From an uncultured Acidobacteriota bacterium (GTDB lineage Bacteria > Acidobacteriota > Vicinamibacteria > Vicinamibacterales > UBA2999), in the NCBI GenBank assembly GCA_963724485.1, contig CAVRUW010000018.1, positions 66,215 to 130,214 of the forward strand: DNA of 64,000 nucleotides. The letters run 5' to 3'. This document shows, piece after piece, positions 49,078 to 60,769 of the stretch. Each line of letters opens with the position of its first letter. Positions within the stretch are counted from its first letter, which is position 1. The position numbers and the translations under genes are program-made. Below the pieces are notes generated by a model. That model had not been told where the DNA came from. It made no database searches and saw only the letters and a program-made list of their open reading frames with translations.

Positions 49078-50073
49078 CTAGCTGCCGCACAGTTCGACGA
49101 CAAGCGTTTCGAGCAGGTAGCGAGGTGCTCGTGGATCGCCGGCAGTCTTGATCGCCAGATCGGTCCGAAACACCGCGTCGAGACCGCGCTTTGCGCGATC
49201 GTCGGAGAAGCCGCGCACCACGGAACGAATCAAGCCGAGAATCTGAACGTCCTTGAATCCGGCATCGAACTGCGCGTCGACTTCTCGTAACGCCGCCCGC
49301 GCATTGCGGGCGCTCAGCGCGTCGCGGATCGCAAACCAGTCGCCCGGCCTCAGCTCCGGGGAAATGAGATCGCGGATATGTTGCACGGTCACGCTGCGCT
49401 CACCAGCGGCGAATAGCACCAGCTTCTCGACCTCGGCACGAATCCGTCCGGGATTGTGCGACGCGGCTTCGAGAAGCACCGATATCGCCTGTGGTTCGAT
49501 GGACAACCCCTCCTTCTCGAGACGAGCCTTCACCCACCTGGCGGCGTCAGCCGTGGTTTCGAAACTCCCGCAGTCGACGGCAACAGCATGCTTGCGGATC
49601 AACTTGACCAGCCGGCGGTTCTCTTCCATGTCGCCGGCGACGAAGACGATGGTCGTGAGCGGCTCGGGCGCCTCGAGATACTGCTCGAACTCCTCGCTCG
49701 GTGTAATCGCCCTCTTACGTTTCTTACTTCCATCAGCCGGCGACGACGGCGCCTCAGCCTCGTCGTCTCTTCCCTTACGTGGAGAGAGGAGGCGTTCGGC
49801 CTGGTGCACGATCAGCACGCGACGAGGCGCCATCATCGGCAGGGTGCGTGCCGCGGCCAGAAGGCCCGTAATCAGTTGATCTCGACCACCAGCAGACGAG
49901 GCCTCGTTGGCGTGAAAGCTTTCGACGTTGAACGGCTGGAGCGCTTCATCGACGACGGAAGCGAACTCACCGGCGAGATCGAGGCGGGCCTGAAAATCGT
50001 CACCTTGGAGCAGATAGAGTGGTGCCGTCTCACCAGACGCAATCTGCTGGCGTACGGCAGCGGGTTTGGCCAT
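49078..50073 (-). CDS. holA: DNA polymerase III subunit delta
   Basis: APLYLLQGDDFQ...FNVESFHANE...LPMMAPRRVLIVHQAERL. Conserved leuS-lptE-holA synteny. The ATG at 50073 was chosen because the longer ORF overlaps lptE. Confidence 0.8.
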   Translation of the reverse strand: MAKPAAVRQQIASGETAPLYLLQGDDFQARLDLAGEFASVVDEALQPFNVESFHANEASSAGGRDQLITGLLAAARTLPMMAPRRVLIVHQAERLLSPRKGRDDEAEAPSSPADGSKKRKRAITPSEEFEQYLEAPEPLTTIVFVAGDMEENRRLVKLIRKHAVAVDCGSFETTADAARWVKARLEKEGLSIEPQAISVLLEAASHNPGRIRAEVEKLVLFAAGERSVTVQHIRDLISPELRPGDWFAIRDALSARNARAALREVDAQFDAGFKDVQILGLIRSVVRGFSDDRAKRGLDAVFRTDLAIKTAGDPRAPRYLLETLVVELCGS

Positions 50074-50090
50074 CGTAGTAGAGCGGAGCC

Positions 50091-50663
50091 TCAGAAGGCT
50101 TCGAGGATCGCGGACACCACGCTTTTGGCAAAGTCCGTCGAGAGGCGATCGATTGCCGCGCGCTCCTGCTCGAGAAACGCCGTCGCGTCGAGGCCTACAC
50201 TGGTGCGGCTTGCAAGATCGTACTCGTCCGAAAAGCTGAGCGCGCCGTTCTCCCAAAGCGTCTTCTTCTGGGATACATCGTCGAATTTCACGCTCACTAT
50301 CACCGTGAAGCGATACCGCGTGGCCAGCTGCTGGTCGGAGTATCCAACCGGCGCCGCGTTGATACCGATGATGTCGCCGCGAACGACGCCATCGGCACCG
50401 GGCTCCGTCGGTTGAACCGAGTAGCTGCCGCGACCCTGGAACTCGACCCGGACCTTTTCGGTGAACATCTGTTCGACCGTGAGATACGGCGTTCGATTCG
50501 CGAACAAGGGAATCGCGATCGAGCGGATGTACGCCGGTAGGAACGAGCCGCGGCCGGCCAGCGAGTAGCCGCAGGCTCCGGTTGTCAGCCCCGCGACTGC
50601 CACGGTCAATGCCCGTAAGCACTCGCGCCGACTTACGCCGAAGGGTTCAACTGACGACGACAC
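50091..50663 (-). CDS. lptE: LPS-assembly lipoprotein LptE
   Basis: Lipobox-like GLTTGACGY, then [26 protein letters not shown]. Positioned between leuS and holA. Confidence 0.7.
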   Translation of the reverse strand: MSSSVEPFGVSRRECLRALTVAVAGLTTGACGYSLAGRGSFLPAYIRSIAIPLFANRTPYLTVEQMFTEKVRVEFQGRGSYSVQPTEPGADGVVRGDIIGINAAPVGYSDQQLATRYRFTVIVSVKFDDVSQKKTLWENGALSFSDEYDLASRTSVGLDATAFLEQERAAIDRLSTDFAKSVVSAILEAF

Positions 50664-53157
50664 TGATGAGACGCCCTTTCGCGATCACGACTTTACGAAC
50701 GGTCTTGCCCTGAATGTACGGCAGAACGGCCGGGTGTGCCAGCGCGAGTTGCTCCAGCTCGGAATCCCCAACCGTCGGCGACACTGTCAGGCGAGCCCGT
50801 ACCTTCCCGTTCACCTGGACTGGAATGACGATCTCCTCAGCCTTGGCAGCCTCGGCGTCGAAAATGGGCCAGGCGGCCGCAGCCAACGTTCCGGCGTGAC
50901 CAAACTGCTCCCACAGCTCCTCCGCGGTATGCGGGGCAAATGGCGACATCATGACAATCAGTGCGCTCAGCGCCTCCCCCACGACAGCACTCGCCTGCGG
51001 CAACGGTGACTCCTGATGCTGCTTGGAGAAGCTGTAGAGATCGTTGACGAGCTCCATCATCGCCGAGATGGCGGTATTGAACTGCTTACGAACGTCTACG
51101 TCCAGCGTAACTCGCCGAATCGTGTCATGGGTCTTGCGTCGAATAGCGCGTTCGGCGTCGGTCAGCGAACTTACGTCGAGTGCTGGAGCCTCGCTCACAG
51201 CTGGCTTCCACTGCTGCGCGATGTGCCAGACACGCGCCAGCCATCTGAAGCTGCCGTCGAGACCGCTGTCGCTCCACTCCACCTCCTTTTCTGGCGGCGC
51301 CACGAACATCACGTACAGGCGCAAGGCATCGGCACCCACTTTCGCAATCATCGAGTCGGGATCAACGACGTTGCCCTTGGACTTCGACATGACGTCGCCG
51401 TTCTTCAGCACCATTCCCTGCGTAAGCAGGTGAGTGAAGGGCTCGGCGTGGTTCACCATCCCCAGATCGCGGAAGACGCGCGCAAAAAACCGCGAGTAGA
51501 TCAGATGCAGAATCGCGTGCTCAATACCACCGCTGTAGAAGTCGACGGGACACCAATATGCGACCTTGGCCGGATCAAACGGCTGACGGTCGTTGTGTGC
51601 GTCCGCAAACCGATAGAAGTACCAAGATGAGTCAACGAACGTGTCCATCGTGTCCGTTTCGCGACGAGCCGGACCGCCACACTTAGGGCACGTGACGTTT
51701 ACGAACTCGGGCACTTGCGCCAGCGGCGAATCGCCGCGACCCGAGAACTGCGCGAGCCGCGGCAACTCGACGGGCAACTGGTCGTCAGGAACGGCGACGA
51801 TGCCGTCGACCGGGCAATGAATCATGGGGATTGGGGTCCCCCAATAGCGCTGGCGCGAAATTCCCCAATCTTTCAGCCGAAACTGTACCGTGCCCTGACC
51901 GATGCCTTGTTCGGCTGCGTGGGCCGTGAGCCGACGCCGCGCTTCGTCCGAGGGAAGCCCGTCCCATCCGTTGGAGTTGACCAGCACGCCGTCATTAGAG
52001 ACCGGCTCGGTCATCGCATCCACGTTGGCGACCTCCCCATCTTCGGGGCGAACCACCACGCGAATCGGCAGGTTGTACTTCCGGGCAAACTCGAAGTCGC
52101 GCTCGTCGTGGGCAGGCACGGCCATCACGGCTCCGGTTCCGTATTCGCCCAGGACGAAGTTGGCGACCCACACCGGGACCTGTTCCTGGGTGAACGGATT
52201 GATCGCGTACTGGCCGGTGAAGAATCCTTCCTTCTCGACCTCCCCGCTTACACGTGCGGCCCGGTCCTGCCCTCTGAACCTTGCCGCTCGTTCACGAAAT
52301 GCTGCGGGCTCGCTGGACACCTCCGCGAACATATTGACCAGAGAATGCTCGGGACCAATCAGCACGAACGTGGCGCCATAGATCGTGTCGATACGCGTCG
52401 TGAAAACTTCGATGACCTCAGGGGGCCCTGGCTTTAGCCCGGGCATCAGCAGCGGAAACTTCACGAAGGCGCCTTCCGACCGCCCAATCCAGTTCCGCTG
52501 CATCGTCAGAACCTTTTCGGGCCAGCTCGACATGTGCTCGGTCGCTGACAGCAGATCGTCCGCGTAGGCGGTGATTCGGAAGAACCACTGTTCGAGGTCC
52601 TTCTGCTCCACGCGGGTTCCGCATCGCCAACAAACGCCGTCATCGATGACCTGTTCGTTGGCGAGAACGGTTTCGTCGTTGGGACACCAATTGACCGTCG
52701 ACCGCCGGCGATAAGCCAGGCCTCGCTCGAACATCCGGGTGAACAGCCACTGATTCCAGTGGTAGTAGTCCGGCAGGCACGTCGCCAGCTCGCGCTCCCA
52801 GGCGTAACTGATCCCCAGCCGCTGGAGCTGCCCTTTCATGTGGGCGATGTTGTCGAGCGTCGACGTTTCGGGATGGATGCCGCTCTTGATCGCGGCGTTC
52901 TCCGCGGGCAGACCAAAAGCGTCCCAGCCAAACGGGTGCAGGACGTTGAACCCCTGCAGCCGCTTCACCCTCGCGACGATGTCACCGATGATGTAGTTGC
53001 GAACGTGGCCAACGTGGGCGTGTCCGGAGGGATACGCGAACATCTCGAGGCAATAGAATTTCGGCTTCGAGCGGTCTTCCGTGACCTCGAAGGCACGAGT
53101 TTTGGCCCACCGTTCCTGCCACTTACGATCCAGCTCTTGCGGATGATAGTCAGACAC
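50647..53157 (-). CDS. leuS: Leucine--tRNA ligase
   Basis: Class I motifs HVGHVRNY (HIGH) and VMSKSKGN (KMSKS), plus a CP1 editing domain. GTG at 53157 gives the typical N-terminus [16 protein letters not shown]. Confidence 0.95.
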   Translation of the reverse strand: MSDYHPQELDRKWQERWAKTRAFEVTEDRSKPKFYCLEMFAYPSGHAHVGHVRNYIIGDIVARVKRLQGFNVLHPFGWDAFGLPAENAAIKSGIHPETSTLDNIAHMKGQLQRLGISYAWERELATCLPDYYHWNQWLFTRMFERGLAYRRRSTVNWCPNDETVLANEQVIDDGVCWRCGTRVEQKDLEQWFFRITAYADDLLSATEHMSSWPEKVLTMQRNWIGRSEGAFVKFPLLMPGLKPGPPEVIEVFTTRIDTIYGATFVLIGPEHSLVNMFAEVSSEPAAFRERAARFRGQDRAARVSGEVEKEGFFTGQYAINPFTQEQVPVWVANFVLGEYGTGAVMAVPAHDERDFEFARKYNLPIRVVVRPEDGEVANVDAMTEPVSNDGVLVNSNGWDGLPSDEARRRLTAHAAEQGIGQGTVQFRLKDWGISRQRYWGTPIPMIHCPVDGIVAVPDDQLPVELPRLAQFSGRGDSPLAQVPEFVNVTCPKCGGPARRETDTMDTFVDSSWYFYRFADAHNDRQPFDPAKVAYWCPVDFYSGGIEHAILHLIYSRFFARVFRDLGMVNHAEPFTHLLTQGMVLKNGDVMSKSKGNVVDPDSMIAKVGADALRLYVMFVAPPEKEVEWSDSGLDGSFRWLARVWHIAQQWKPAVSEAPALDVSSLTDAERAIRRKTHDTIRRVTLDVDVRKQFNTAISAMMELVNDLYSFSKQHQESPLPQASAVVGEALSALIVMMSPFAPHTAEELWEQFGHAGTLAAAAWPIFDAEAAKAEEIVIPVQVNGKVRARLTVSPTVGDSELEQLALAHPAVLPYIQGKTVRKVVIAKGRLISVVVS

Positions 53158-53239
53158 TGCGCGTCCAGCCGCTGAGGCCCCTTCCAATTTGCTGGCACCA
53201 AAGCCAGCTCCTCGGGGCCACGCGGATCCGTTAAGGATA

Positions 53240-54253
53240 TCAGCGCCGGTGCGCCCGGCGAAAATCGGCCAGAGAGCGTTCGCCGCGGCGTGTGTCGCCC
53301 TCGATTGACGCTGGAGCCGGCAGCGACTCGGATGCACAGAGGGTGAGCACCCGCTGGCAGCATTCTGCCAGGGCCTGCGTGTCGTAACCGCCCTCGCTCA
53401 CGAAAATCACCCGGCCGTCACACTGCTCGTCCGCCGCCCGCAGCAGGCGTGTCGAGAGGACACCGAACCCATCGGTCGTCACGCCCATCTGACCAAGCGG
53501 ATCGCGTTCGTGCGCGTCGAAGCCAGCGGATACCAGCACCAGCTCAGGGCGAAACTGCTGTAGAAGCGGGATGACCGCCGCACTGTAGACGTGATCGAAG
53601 TCGGCGTCAGTCGCTCCCGCCTCCAGCGGAAAATTGACGGTGTAGCCGACGCCGGCCTCCTTCCCGGTCTCGCCTGCAGCGCCGGTGCCCGGATAGAACG
53701 GGTATTGATGCGACGACACGAAAAGCACCGTCGGGTCGTCGTAAAACATCCATTGGGTCCCGTTGCCGTGATGCACGTCGTAGTCGACGATGGCGACGCG
53801 CGAGAGGCCTCGCGTTCGAGCCCACGCCGCCCCCACGGCGATGTTGTTGTAAAGGCAGAAGCCCATCCCGCGGTTCGCCTCGGCATGGTGACCCGGCGGG
53901 CGCACCAGGACAACCGCTCGCCGGCCAAATCCGTCCAGCACCTGGTCGACTGCAACCAGCACAGCTCCCGCGGCGAGCCTGGCAACCTCTTCGGAATCCG
54001 GTGACAAGTAGGTGTCGGCGTCGAGCATTCCGGCGCGACCTCTTGCGGCCTTCAGGCTCTCGACATAGTTGGCACCATGGACTCTCAGAAGATCCTCATC
54101 CGTCGCCTCTCGTGGTGCGACAACCTCGCCGCCTTGCTGGCGCCATCGTGACGTCACCACCTGCATGGTTTCTGCCCGCTCCACGCGCTCCGGATGGCCC
54201 GGCGGCGTGAGGTGATCAGCAAACCGATCGCTCGTAACGAGCACTACCGACAT
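53240..54253 (-). CDS. Histone deacetylase-family protein (AcuC/acetylpolyamine amidohydrolase-like)
   Basis: [26 protein letters not shown] and GFD..E.DPLG motifs. Confidence 0.85.
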   Translation of the reverse strand: MSVVLVTSDRFADHLTPPGHPERVERAETMQVVTSRWRQQGGEVVAPREATDEDLLRVHGANYVESLKAARGRAGMLDADTYLSPDSEEVARLAAGAVLVAVDQVLDGFGRRAVVLVRPPGHHAEANRGMGFCLYNNIAVGAAWARTRGLSRVAIVDYDVHHGNGTQWMFYDDPTVLFVSSHQYPFYPGTGAAGETGKEAGVGYTVNFPLEAGATDADFDHVYSAAVIPLLQQFRPELVLVSAGFDAHERDPLGQMGVTTDGFGVLSTRLLRAADEQCDGRVIFVSEGGYDTQALAECCQRVLTLCASESLPAPASIEGDTRRGERSLADFRRAHRR

Positions 54254-54915
54254 AGCAGCTCCATGCAGCGTTGCTCGCAGCCGCGCAACGCCTCTTCCAG
54301 ATGACGATTGATCGCGGTCAATTCTGCGTCATCCGCGCGCGAGGGCACTTGAATCGGGGGGGCAAACGACAGCGCGATGGTCGCGAATGGCTTTGGGATC
54401 TGCGTGCGGTCCCAACTCTTGAGCGACCAGTAGCGATTCGCTTCGAGGTGAAACGGGATGAGCGGATTGGCGGTCGCCTTGGAGAGCCACACCGCGCCCG
54501 GCTGTGCCACCCGAGCAGGCCCGCGTGGCCCATCGAGAGCAAACGCGACCGGCCGAGACTTGATATCACGAACCATTTGCAACAATGCCTTGCGCGCGCC
54601 TCGAGACGATGAACCACGCGCGGTCCCGTAGCCAAACCTGCTGATGATGCGCGCGATCCATTCACCGTCGAAGTTTTCGCTGGTGATGACGACGATACCG
54701 CGGCGCTTGAAGTAGATGGTGCCGGGAAGAATGCGTCCGTGCCAGAACGCGTGAATGGGGTGGCCGAGCGCCTGGGCGGCACGTAGATGTTCGAGCCCGT
54801 CGACGCGAAATTTGTAGGTGGCGCCGAGCCCCGCGAGCAACGGGTAACCGAGGCCACTGATGGCGGCAATCTTCGCGCGCTGCGAGGGGGAGGCGCGCCA
54901 GCGGGGCTGTTCCAT
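54244..54915 (-). CDS. DUF374 domain protein (lysophospholipid-acyltransferase-like)
   Basis: FWHGRILPGTIYFKRRGIVVITSENFDGEWIARIISRFGYGTARGSSSRGARKAL is typical of DUF374. Confidence 0.75.
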   Translation of the reverse strand: MEQPRWRASPSQRAKIAAISGLGYPLLAGLGATYKFRVDGLEHLRAAQALGHPIHAFWHGRILPGTIYFKRRGIVVITSENFDGEWIARIISRFGYGTARGSSSRGARKALLQMVRDIKSRPVAFALDGPRGPARVAQPGAVWLSKATANPLIPFHLEANRYWSLKSWDRTQIPKPFATIALSFAPPIQVPSRADDAELTAINRHLEEALRGCEQRCMELLCR

Positions 54916-54917
54916 GT

Positions 54918-54962
54918 CAGTTTCCAGTCACCTTTGAACTGGAAACTGGTTACTGACAACTG
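54918..54962. repeat. Heptad word palindrome: 2 x CAGT then 4 x ACTG, period 7 bp
   Basis: CAGT at 54918 and 54925; ACTG at 54938, 54945, 54952 and 54959. Shares the strings CAGTTTCCAGT, CCTTTGAACTG and CTGACAACTG with the array at 62743..62827. Confidence 0.8.
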
Positions 54963-54964
54963 TC

Positions 54965-56629
54965 CTACATCCCATCGTACTGAGGCCCGCCGCCGCCTTC
55001 CGGCGGCACCCAGGTGATCACGCCATACGGGTCCATGATGTCGCAGGTCTTGCAGTGCACACAGTTGGACGCGTTGATCTGCAGTCGCAGGGCTCCGCGG
55101 CCGTCATCCACCATCTCGTAGACATTGGCTGGGCAGAACCGTACGCATGGGTGTCCAAACTCGGAGCCGCAGATGGTATGGCACACCTCGGTGTGAACCA
55201 GGAGGTGGACTGGCTGGTCTTCGTCGTGCTGCGTTCCCGAATAGTGGACGTTGGTGACCTTGTCGAAGAGAAGCTTGCGATCGGGTGCGACCTCGTTCGA
55301 CGCCGAAATGATGTCGCGCTTGCGAATGCCGTAGTAGTCGTCGAGGTGCGTCAGCCGTGTGTGACCAGGCGACCCGTGCAGATCCTCGGCCATCCGCCCG
55401 CCCGTCACCATGGCAAGCCCAGCGAAGGCGGATCCCGCATACAAACCCTTGCTGAATGCCTGATGGACGTTGCGGACCGGATAGAGCTCGGCTTTGATCG
55501 CGCTCTCGTCGACCAACGTCTTGTAGCGTCTCAGCGAGGCGGATGACACATCGCCGGAACGCACGGCATCGAATGCGACTTCGGCCGCCAGCATGCCGCT
55601 GCGCATCGCGAGATGAATCCCCTTGAGGCGCATCGAGTTGACGAAATTCGCAGCATCGCCAGCGATGAGCCCACCGTTGAAGTAGAGCGTCGGTTGCGTG
55701 TTCCACCCGCCTTCGGGAATCGCTTTCGCGCCGTAGCGGAGCATCTGCCCGCCCTCGAGGATGCGCCTGATGAAGGGGTGCATCTTGAAGTGCTGGAAGG
55801 CAGCGTGTGGATCGAACAACGGGTCCTTGTAGCTCAATCCGACAACGAAGCCGATTGAGATTCGTCCGCCCGGCATTGAATAGAGGAAGCTGCCGCCAAA
55901 CTCCTCTTCGCGTAGCGGGTAGCCGAGCGTGTGAATCACCGTTCCAGCTGGAAGCCGATCGGCCGGAACGTCCCATGTTTCCTTCAGGCCGATTGCGTAT
56001 TCGGCGGGATGCCCGGGATCGGCGAGCTGCAACGTCCGAATCAGCTCCTTGGTCAGGTTGCCGCGAACGCCGTCAGCAAAGATCGTGAGCTTGGCAAGAA
56101 CATCAGCGCCGGGTTCGAAGTTGGCTTTCTGTTCGCCATGTCGTCCGATACCCTTGTCGCCGGTACGGACACCGACCACCCTGGTGCCATCAGACAGCAC
56201 CGACTGCCCAGGAAAGCCGGTGAAGAAATCGACACCCGCCGCTTCGACTTGTTCAGCCATCCACCGGGTGAACTTGTTGAGCGAGATGATGTAGTTCCCG
56301 TGGTTGCGAAACGGCGGTGGTGTAATCGGCAGGCGAATCTGCCGCTTCGGCGAGAGATAGTAGACGCTGTCGCGATGAACCTCGGATTCCAAAGGCGCGC
56401 CGCGAGCCTTGAAGTCGGGCATCAGCTCGTTCAGCGTCGATGGATCCAGCAGAGCGCCCGAGAGCTGATGCGCGCCAGCCTCGCGCGCTTTCTCCAACAC
56501 CGCGATCGACAGCGCGCTGCCACCGCGCTGCTGCTGCAATTGAGACAGTCGCAACGCCGCGGACAGGCCCGCGGGGCCGCCACCGACGATGAGAATGTCG
56601 ACTTCGAGCGTGTCGCGGGTCGCGGCCAC
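54965..56629 (-). CDS. Electron-transfer flavoprotein:ubiquinone oxidoreductase
   Basis: 554 aa. FAD-binding [12 protein letters not shown] and a C-terminal 4Fe-4S region (CPANVYE...CVHCKTCDI). Confidence 0.9.
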   Translation of the reverse strand: MAATRDTLEVDILIVGGGPAGLSAALRLSQLQQQRGGSALSIAVLEKAREAGAHQLSGALLDPSTLNELMPDFKARGAPLESEVHRDSVYYLSPKRQIRLPITPPPFRNHGNYIISLNKFTRWMAEQVEAAGVDFFTGFPGQSVLSDGTRVVGVRTGDKGIGRHGEQKANFEPGADVLAKLTIFADGVRGNLTKELIRTLQLADPGHPAEYAIGLKETWDVPADRLPAGTVIHTLGYPLREEEFGGSFLYSMPGGRISIGFVVGLSYKDPLFDPHAAFQHFKMHPFIRRILEGGQMLRYGAKAIPEGGWNTQPTLYFNGGLIAGDAANFVNSMRLKGIHLAMRSGMLAAEVAFDAVRSGDVSSASLRRYKTLVDESAIKAELYPVRNVHQAFSKGLYAGSAFAGLAMVTGGRMAEDLHGSPGHTRLTHLDDYYGIRKRDIISASNEVAPDRKLLFDKVTNVHYSGTQHDEDQPVHLLVHTEVCHTICGSEFGHPCVRFCPANVYEMVDDGRGALRLQINASNCVHCKTCDIMDPYGVITWVPPEGGGGPQYDGM

Positions 56630-56632
56630 CCT

Positions 56633-57610
56633 CTACCCCTTCTCCAATTCGGCCACCAATGCAGGTGCGATCTCGAAGATGTCGCCGTTGATGCCGTAGT
56701 CGGCCACCTCGAAGATCGGCGCCTCGGCGTCCTTGTTGATGGCCACGATCGTCCGGGCGCCCTTCATGCCGACGAGATGCTGAATCGCGCCAGAAATGCC
56801 GAGCGCGATATACAACTTGGGTGCGACGGTCTGACCGGAACTGCCGATCTGACGTTCCATCGGCAGCCAGCCGTTGTCACAGATGGGTCGCGACGCCGCC
56901 AACTCGGCGCCAAACGCCTTGGCCAGCTTCTCCGCGATCGCCAAATTCTCTTGAGCCTTGATGCCGCGTCCGACGGCGACGATGCGCTCGGCCTGTGACA
57001 GGTCCACGGCCTGCTTGGCTTCCTGAAACGGGGCCTCGGGCGATTGGCGGATCTTCGCGGTGTCAATGTCGACCGAACCGGCCGTGACGGGCGCCGCAGC
57101 GGAACCCCGCTTCACGGAATCGGCACGGAACGCGCCGATCTGAAAGGAGATCAGGTGTGGGGTCGCTCCCTCGGGCACGACGTCGGCCGTCAGCTTGCCT
57201 TGAAACATCGGTCGAGAAAATGCCGGGCCCGCAGAGCTGGCCTTCACGCCGATGACATCGGTGATGATTGGCCGGTCGATCGCAGCTGCCAGAGACGGAG
57301 CGAAGTCACGCGTCTGGTAGGTGTGGGCAAAGACGACGTACGTCGGCTTGGCGGCGTCGATCGCCTGCCGCATGGCCGCGCTGAACGCGTCGGCCGTATA
57401 CGTGCCCAGCGCCTCGTGATCCAGCGTCGTCACCCCGCTCAGTTCAGCCGCGGCGAGCTCGCTCGCCACTCCGGAGATGTTCTTACCGGCGACGACGACA
57501 CCCACTTCGGATGGTCCGGCGATCTGTGCGAGCTGTTGAGCGCCGGCGATGGCTTCCCAACTGGCGCGATTGAGCTTGCCGTCCTTCTGCTCGGCAACGA
57601 CGAGAATCAT
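56633..57610 (-). CDS. etfA: Electron transfer flavoprotein subunit alpha
   Basis: C-terminal FAD-binding motif [20 protein letters not shown]. Confidence 0.9.
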   Translation of the reverse strand: MILVVAEQKDGKLNRASWEAIAGAQQLAQIAGPSEVGVVVAGKNISGVASELAAAELSGVTTLDHEALGTYTADAFSAAMRQAIDAAKPTYVVFAHTYQTRDFAPSLAAAIDRPIITDVIGVKASSAGPAFSRPMFQGKLTADVVPEGATPHLISFQIGAFRADSVKRGSAAAPVTAGSVDIDTAKIRQSPEAPFQEAKQAVDLSQAERIVAVGRGIKAQENLAIAEKLAKAFGAELAASRPICDNGWLPMERQIGSSGQTVAPKLYIALGISGAIQHLVGMKGARTIVAINKDAEAPIFEVADYGINGDIFEIAPALVAELEKG

Positions 57611-58383
57611 AGGACGCGAGCCTCTTCTCGCAGCCGCTTGATCAATTCCTTGGCCGCCTCGGCGGGACCGCCGCCAATCATCACGGTCTGCTTGGCCTTC
57701 TGCGGAGCGTAGAGGGCCAGGATCTTCTGACGGGACTGCACGGGGTCAGAGGGAGCGACTTTCTTGATCTCCTTCTTCTTCGCCGCCATGATTCCTTTGA
57801 GCGTGGCATAACGCAGCTGGTTGATGCCGCTCTGAATCGTCAGCAACGCCGGCAGCTGCATCCCCACGTACTGAAACCAGCCGCCTTCGAGCTCGCGTTT
57901 GACACGCAGCGTGCCGCCCGAGCCCGTCGAGGGGTCCACCTGCACCTCCATGATGATGGTGGAGTGAGGCATGCCCAGCTTGGTCGCAAGCACCGGCCCG
58001 AACTGCGCGTGGCCCTGATCGTCTGACTGAAGGCCAGTGAGAATCAGGTCGAACTTCTCCTCAGCCATCGCCGCTGCCATCCCGGCCGCGGCCGCATAGG
58101 CGTCGGCCGCGCCGAGCGCCTGGTCCTCGAGGTGGATTGCGCGATCCGCTCCACGCGCGAGCGCCTCGCGAATCACCTGCTGCACGCGCGCGGGACCGGC
58201 CGAGCAGACTACGACCTCGCCGCCGTGCTTCTCGCGGAGCCGGAGCCCCTCTTCCAGCGCATAAGCGTCGGGCTCGTTCATCTCATACGAGACGTCCTGC
58301 TCGCGGATCCACGTCTTGTCGTCGTTGAGACGCGGCTGCCACTCGCGAGTCGGCACTTGTTTGATGCAGACGGCAATCTTCAT
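57607..58383 (-). CDS. etfB: Electron transfer flavoprotein subunit beta
   Basis: MKIAVCIKQVP...NEPDAYALEEGLRL is typical of EtfB. 4-nt overlap with etfA. Confidence 0.9.
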   Translation of the reverse strand: MKIAVCIKQVPTREWQPRLNDDKTWIREQDVSYEMNEPDAYALEEGLRLREKHGGEVVVCSAGPARVQQVIREALARGADRAIHLEDQALGAADAYAAAAGMAAAMAEEKFDLILTGLQSDDQGHAQFGPVLATKLGMPHSTIIMEVQVDPSTGSGGTLRVKRELEGGWFQYVGMQLPALLTIQSGINQLRYATLKGIMAAKKKEIKKVAPSDPVQSRQKILALYAPQKAKQTVMIGGGPAEAAKELIKRLREEARVL

Positions 58384-58420
58384 CAGATTTACCTGAGTGT
58401 CCGGGCTTCAGCCCTGTCAA

Positions 58421-59662
58421 CTACTCTTCGAACTTTCTGAACAAAAGCGAACCGTTCGTGCCGCCGAACCCGAACGAGTTCGACAAGGCGTATCGAATCG
58501 GCATTTCACGGAAGACATTCGGCACGTAGTCCAGATCCAGGTCATCGTCTGGATGGTCGTGATTCACCGTCGGCGGCACCTTCTGATGATGGACGGCGAG
58601 GACAGTGATTCCCGCTTCCAGCCCACCGGCTGCGCCGAGCAGGTGCCCTGTCATCGACTTGCTCGACGACACGGCGACCTTTGAAGCGTGGGCGCCGAAG
58701 GCACGCTTGATCGCACGAGTCTCGATGCGATCGTTGTGTGGGGTCGACGTGCCGTGGGCGTTGATGTAGTCCACGGCCTCGGGCTTCACGTTGGCCGATT
58801 CCAACGCCGATACCATCACCCGATACGCGCCGTCGCCATCTTCCGACGGGGCAGTCATGTGATACGCGTCCGCCGACATCCCGTAGCCCACCATTTCCGC
58901 GTAGATTGGTGCGCCGCGGCGCCGGGCGAACTCGAGTTCTTCGAGGATCAGCATGCCGGCGCCTTCACCCAGCACAAAGCCATCGCGATCACGATCGAAC
59001 GGCCGGCTGGCCCGCCCCGGTTCGTCGTTACGCGTCGACAGCGCGCGCAGCGCGCCGAATCCGCCGATGCCCATGGCACAGACGGCCGCCTCGGCACCGC
59101 CGGAAATCATCACGTCAGCCGCGCCGCGTTTGATGATTTCAAACGAATCGCCGATGGCGTGCGCCGATGCGGTGCACGCCGTACAAGTTGCCAGGTTTGG
59201 TCCCTTGGCGCCGAAGCGAATCGAGACCTGCCCGGCCGCGAGGTTGATGATTGCTGAAGGTATGAAGAATGGGGAGATCTTTCGGGATCCCCCTTCGAGA
59301 TATGCGATGTGCTCCCGTTCGATGGTGGTGAATCCACCTATGCCCGAGCCAATGAACACGCCGACTCGCGGTGCGAACTCCGGCGTGATCACGAGCTTGG
59401 CGTCGTCTACCGCGAATTGCGAAGCGGCCACGGCGAACTGAATGAAGATGTCCATCTTCTTCAGTTCCTTTTTCTCGATCCATTGCAGGGGGTCGAAGTC
59501 CTTGACCTCCCCGGCAAATCGCGTCGCGAATGCCGACGCGTCGAAGCGGGTGATCGGGCCGATTCCACTCACGCCGCTACAGAGGGCCTCCCAGTTTGCC
59601 TGGGTGCCGATACCAACCGGCGACACCAGGCCGATGCCGGTCACGACGACTCGCCTGCTCAA
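58421..59662 (-). CDS. fabF: Beta-ketoacyl-ACP synthase II
   Basis: RRVVVTGIGLVSPVG, active-site ATCTACTASAHAIG, HGTST and GFGGTN. TTG start at 59662 with GGAGGGA upstream. Confidence 0.92.
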   Translation of the reverse strand: MSRRVVVTGIGLVSPVGIGTQANWEALCSGVSGIGPITRFDASAFATRFAGEVKDFDPLQWIEKKELKKMDIFIQFAVAASQFAVDDAKLVITPEFAPRVGVFIGSGIGGFTTIEREHIAYLEGGSRKISPFFIPSAIINLAAGQVSIRFGAKGPNLATCTACTASAHAIGDSFEIIKRGAADVMISGGAEAAVCAMGIGGFGALRALSTRNDEPGRASRPFDRDRDGFVLGEGAGMLILEELEFARRRGAPIYAEMVGYGMSADAYHMTAPSEDGDGAYRVMVSALESANVKPEAVDYINAHGTSTPHNDRIETRAIKRAFGAHASKVAVSSSKSMTGHLLGAAGGLEAGITVLAVHHQKVPPTVNHDHPDDDLDLDYVPNVFREMPIRYALSNSFGFGGTNGSLLFRKFEE

Positions 59663-59702
59663 AATCCCTCCGTCCCTCCTGGCTGACGCACCAGGGCGCC
59701 CG

Positions 59703-59942
59703 CTACTTCTTCTTCGCGTGCGCCTCGATGTACTCGACGGCTTCCTTGACGCGAGTGATCTTCTCCGCGTCTTCGTCGGGGATCTCAATCCCGAATTCTT
59801 CCTCGAACGCCATGACGAGTTCGACGGTATCGAGCGAGTCGGCGCCCAAGTCGTCGACGAACGAGGCATCCGGCGTCACTTCTTCTTCGTCGACGCCCAG
59901 CTGCTCCACGATGATGCTCTTGACCTTATCGGCAACGGCCAC
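59703..59942 (-). CDS. acpP: Acyl carrier protein
   Basis: [29 protein letters not shown] start at 59942 with GGAGGG upstream. Confidence 0.92.
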   Translation of the reverse strand: MAVADKVKSIIVEQLGVDEEEVTPDASFVDDLGADSLDTVELVMAFEEEFGIEIPDEDAEKITRVKEAVEYIEAHAKKK

Positions 59943-59998
59943 TGTGTGCCCTCCAATGAATCCGAATCGAATCTGACTTTCCGCCGCTGAACACATCA

Positions 59999-60015
59999 CC
60001 AGGTCAACGACCTGG
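59999..60015 (-). other. Perfect 7-bp hairpin (CCAGGTC-aac-GACCTGG) in the fabG-acpP spacer, next to three GAATC words (59958-59973)
   Basis: Read directly from the sequence. Located 5 nt downstream of the fabG stop, in the acpP leader. Confidence 0.4.
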
Positions 60016-60020
60016 CGTTC

Positions 60021-60761
60021 CTACATGTACATCCCGCCGTTTACGTGCAGAACCTGACCAGTAATATACGATGCCTCGTCCGACGCGAGAAAGCAGACAG
60101 CCGCCGCCACATCGGCAGGCGTGCCGGCGCGACCCAATGGAATCTGCGCCGCCCAGTCGGCCTGTGCGTTCGCGGTGATGGCACGAGTCATGTCGGTGTC
60201 AATCAATCCAGGCGCCACAACATTGACGGTCACGTTCCGTGAGGCAACTTCCTTCGCGAGTGACTTGCAAAAGCCGATCAAGCCAGCCTTTGATGCCGCA
60301 TAGTTGGCCTGGCCGGCATTGCCGACCTGTCCAACAATCGAGCTGATCGCCACGATACGTCCGCTGCGCTGGCGAATCATCGGCTTGAGGGCCGCCTGAC
60401 ACAGCACGAAGTTGGCACTCAGGTTCGTCGCCAGAACCTCGTCCCAGTCGGATCGCTTCATGCGAAGCATCAACTGATCGCGCGCAATCCCGGCGTTGCT
60501 GACCAGCACATCAATCTTGCCGTGACGCTCGACTACCCCGGTGATTAGCGCAGTCAGCGAATCCGCGTCGGTCATGTCTGCCGAGACCATCTCAGCCCGT
60601 CCTGCGGCCGCCGCGATCTCGTCGACCGTGCCTCGTGCGTTGTTCCCGCGCGCCGCCGCAACGACGAGTGCGCCGCGATTCGCGAGCTCGCGGGCAATCG
60701 CGCGGCCAATCCCTCGTGACGCACCGGTCACGATCACCACTCGGTCGGCAAACTGGCTCAT
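60021..60761 (-). CDS. fabG: 3-oxoacyl-ACP reductase
   Basis: TGASRGIGRAIA, NAG, and YAASKAG catalytic motif. 246 aa. Confidence 0.92.
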   Translation of the reverse strand: MSQFADRVVIVTGASRGIGRAIARELANRGALVVAAARGNNARGTVDEIAAAAGRAEMVSADMTDADSLTALITGVVERHGKIDVLVSNAGIARDQLMLRMKRSDWDEVLATNLSANFVLCQAALKPMIRQRSGRIVAISSIVGQVGNAGQANYAASKAGLIGFCKSLAKEVASRNVTVNVVAPGLIDTDMTRAITANAQADWAAQIPLGRAGTPADVAAAVCFLASDEASYITGQVLHVNGGMYM

Positions 60762-60769
60762 GGTGTGGT

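Noticed and set aside
49078-50622. Long N-terminal extensions offered by the ORF track. Cases: holA to 50622, leuS to 53337, fabF to 59869, fabD to 61849, recX from 10149, prmA from 4434, ADOP permease from 44753, SLT from 13591 and OMP to 31225.
   Set aside because: The extensions overlap the upstream genes, are Arg-rich and lack homology-like sequence. Internal starts give canonical N-termini, often with an SD.
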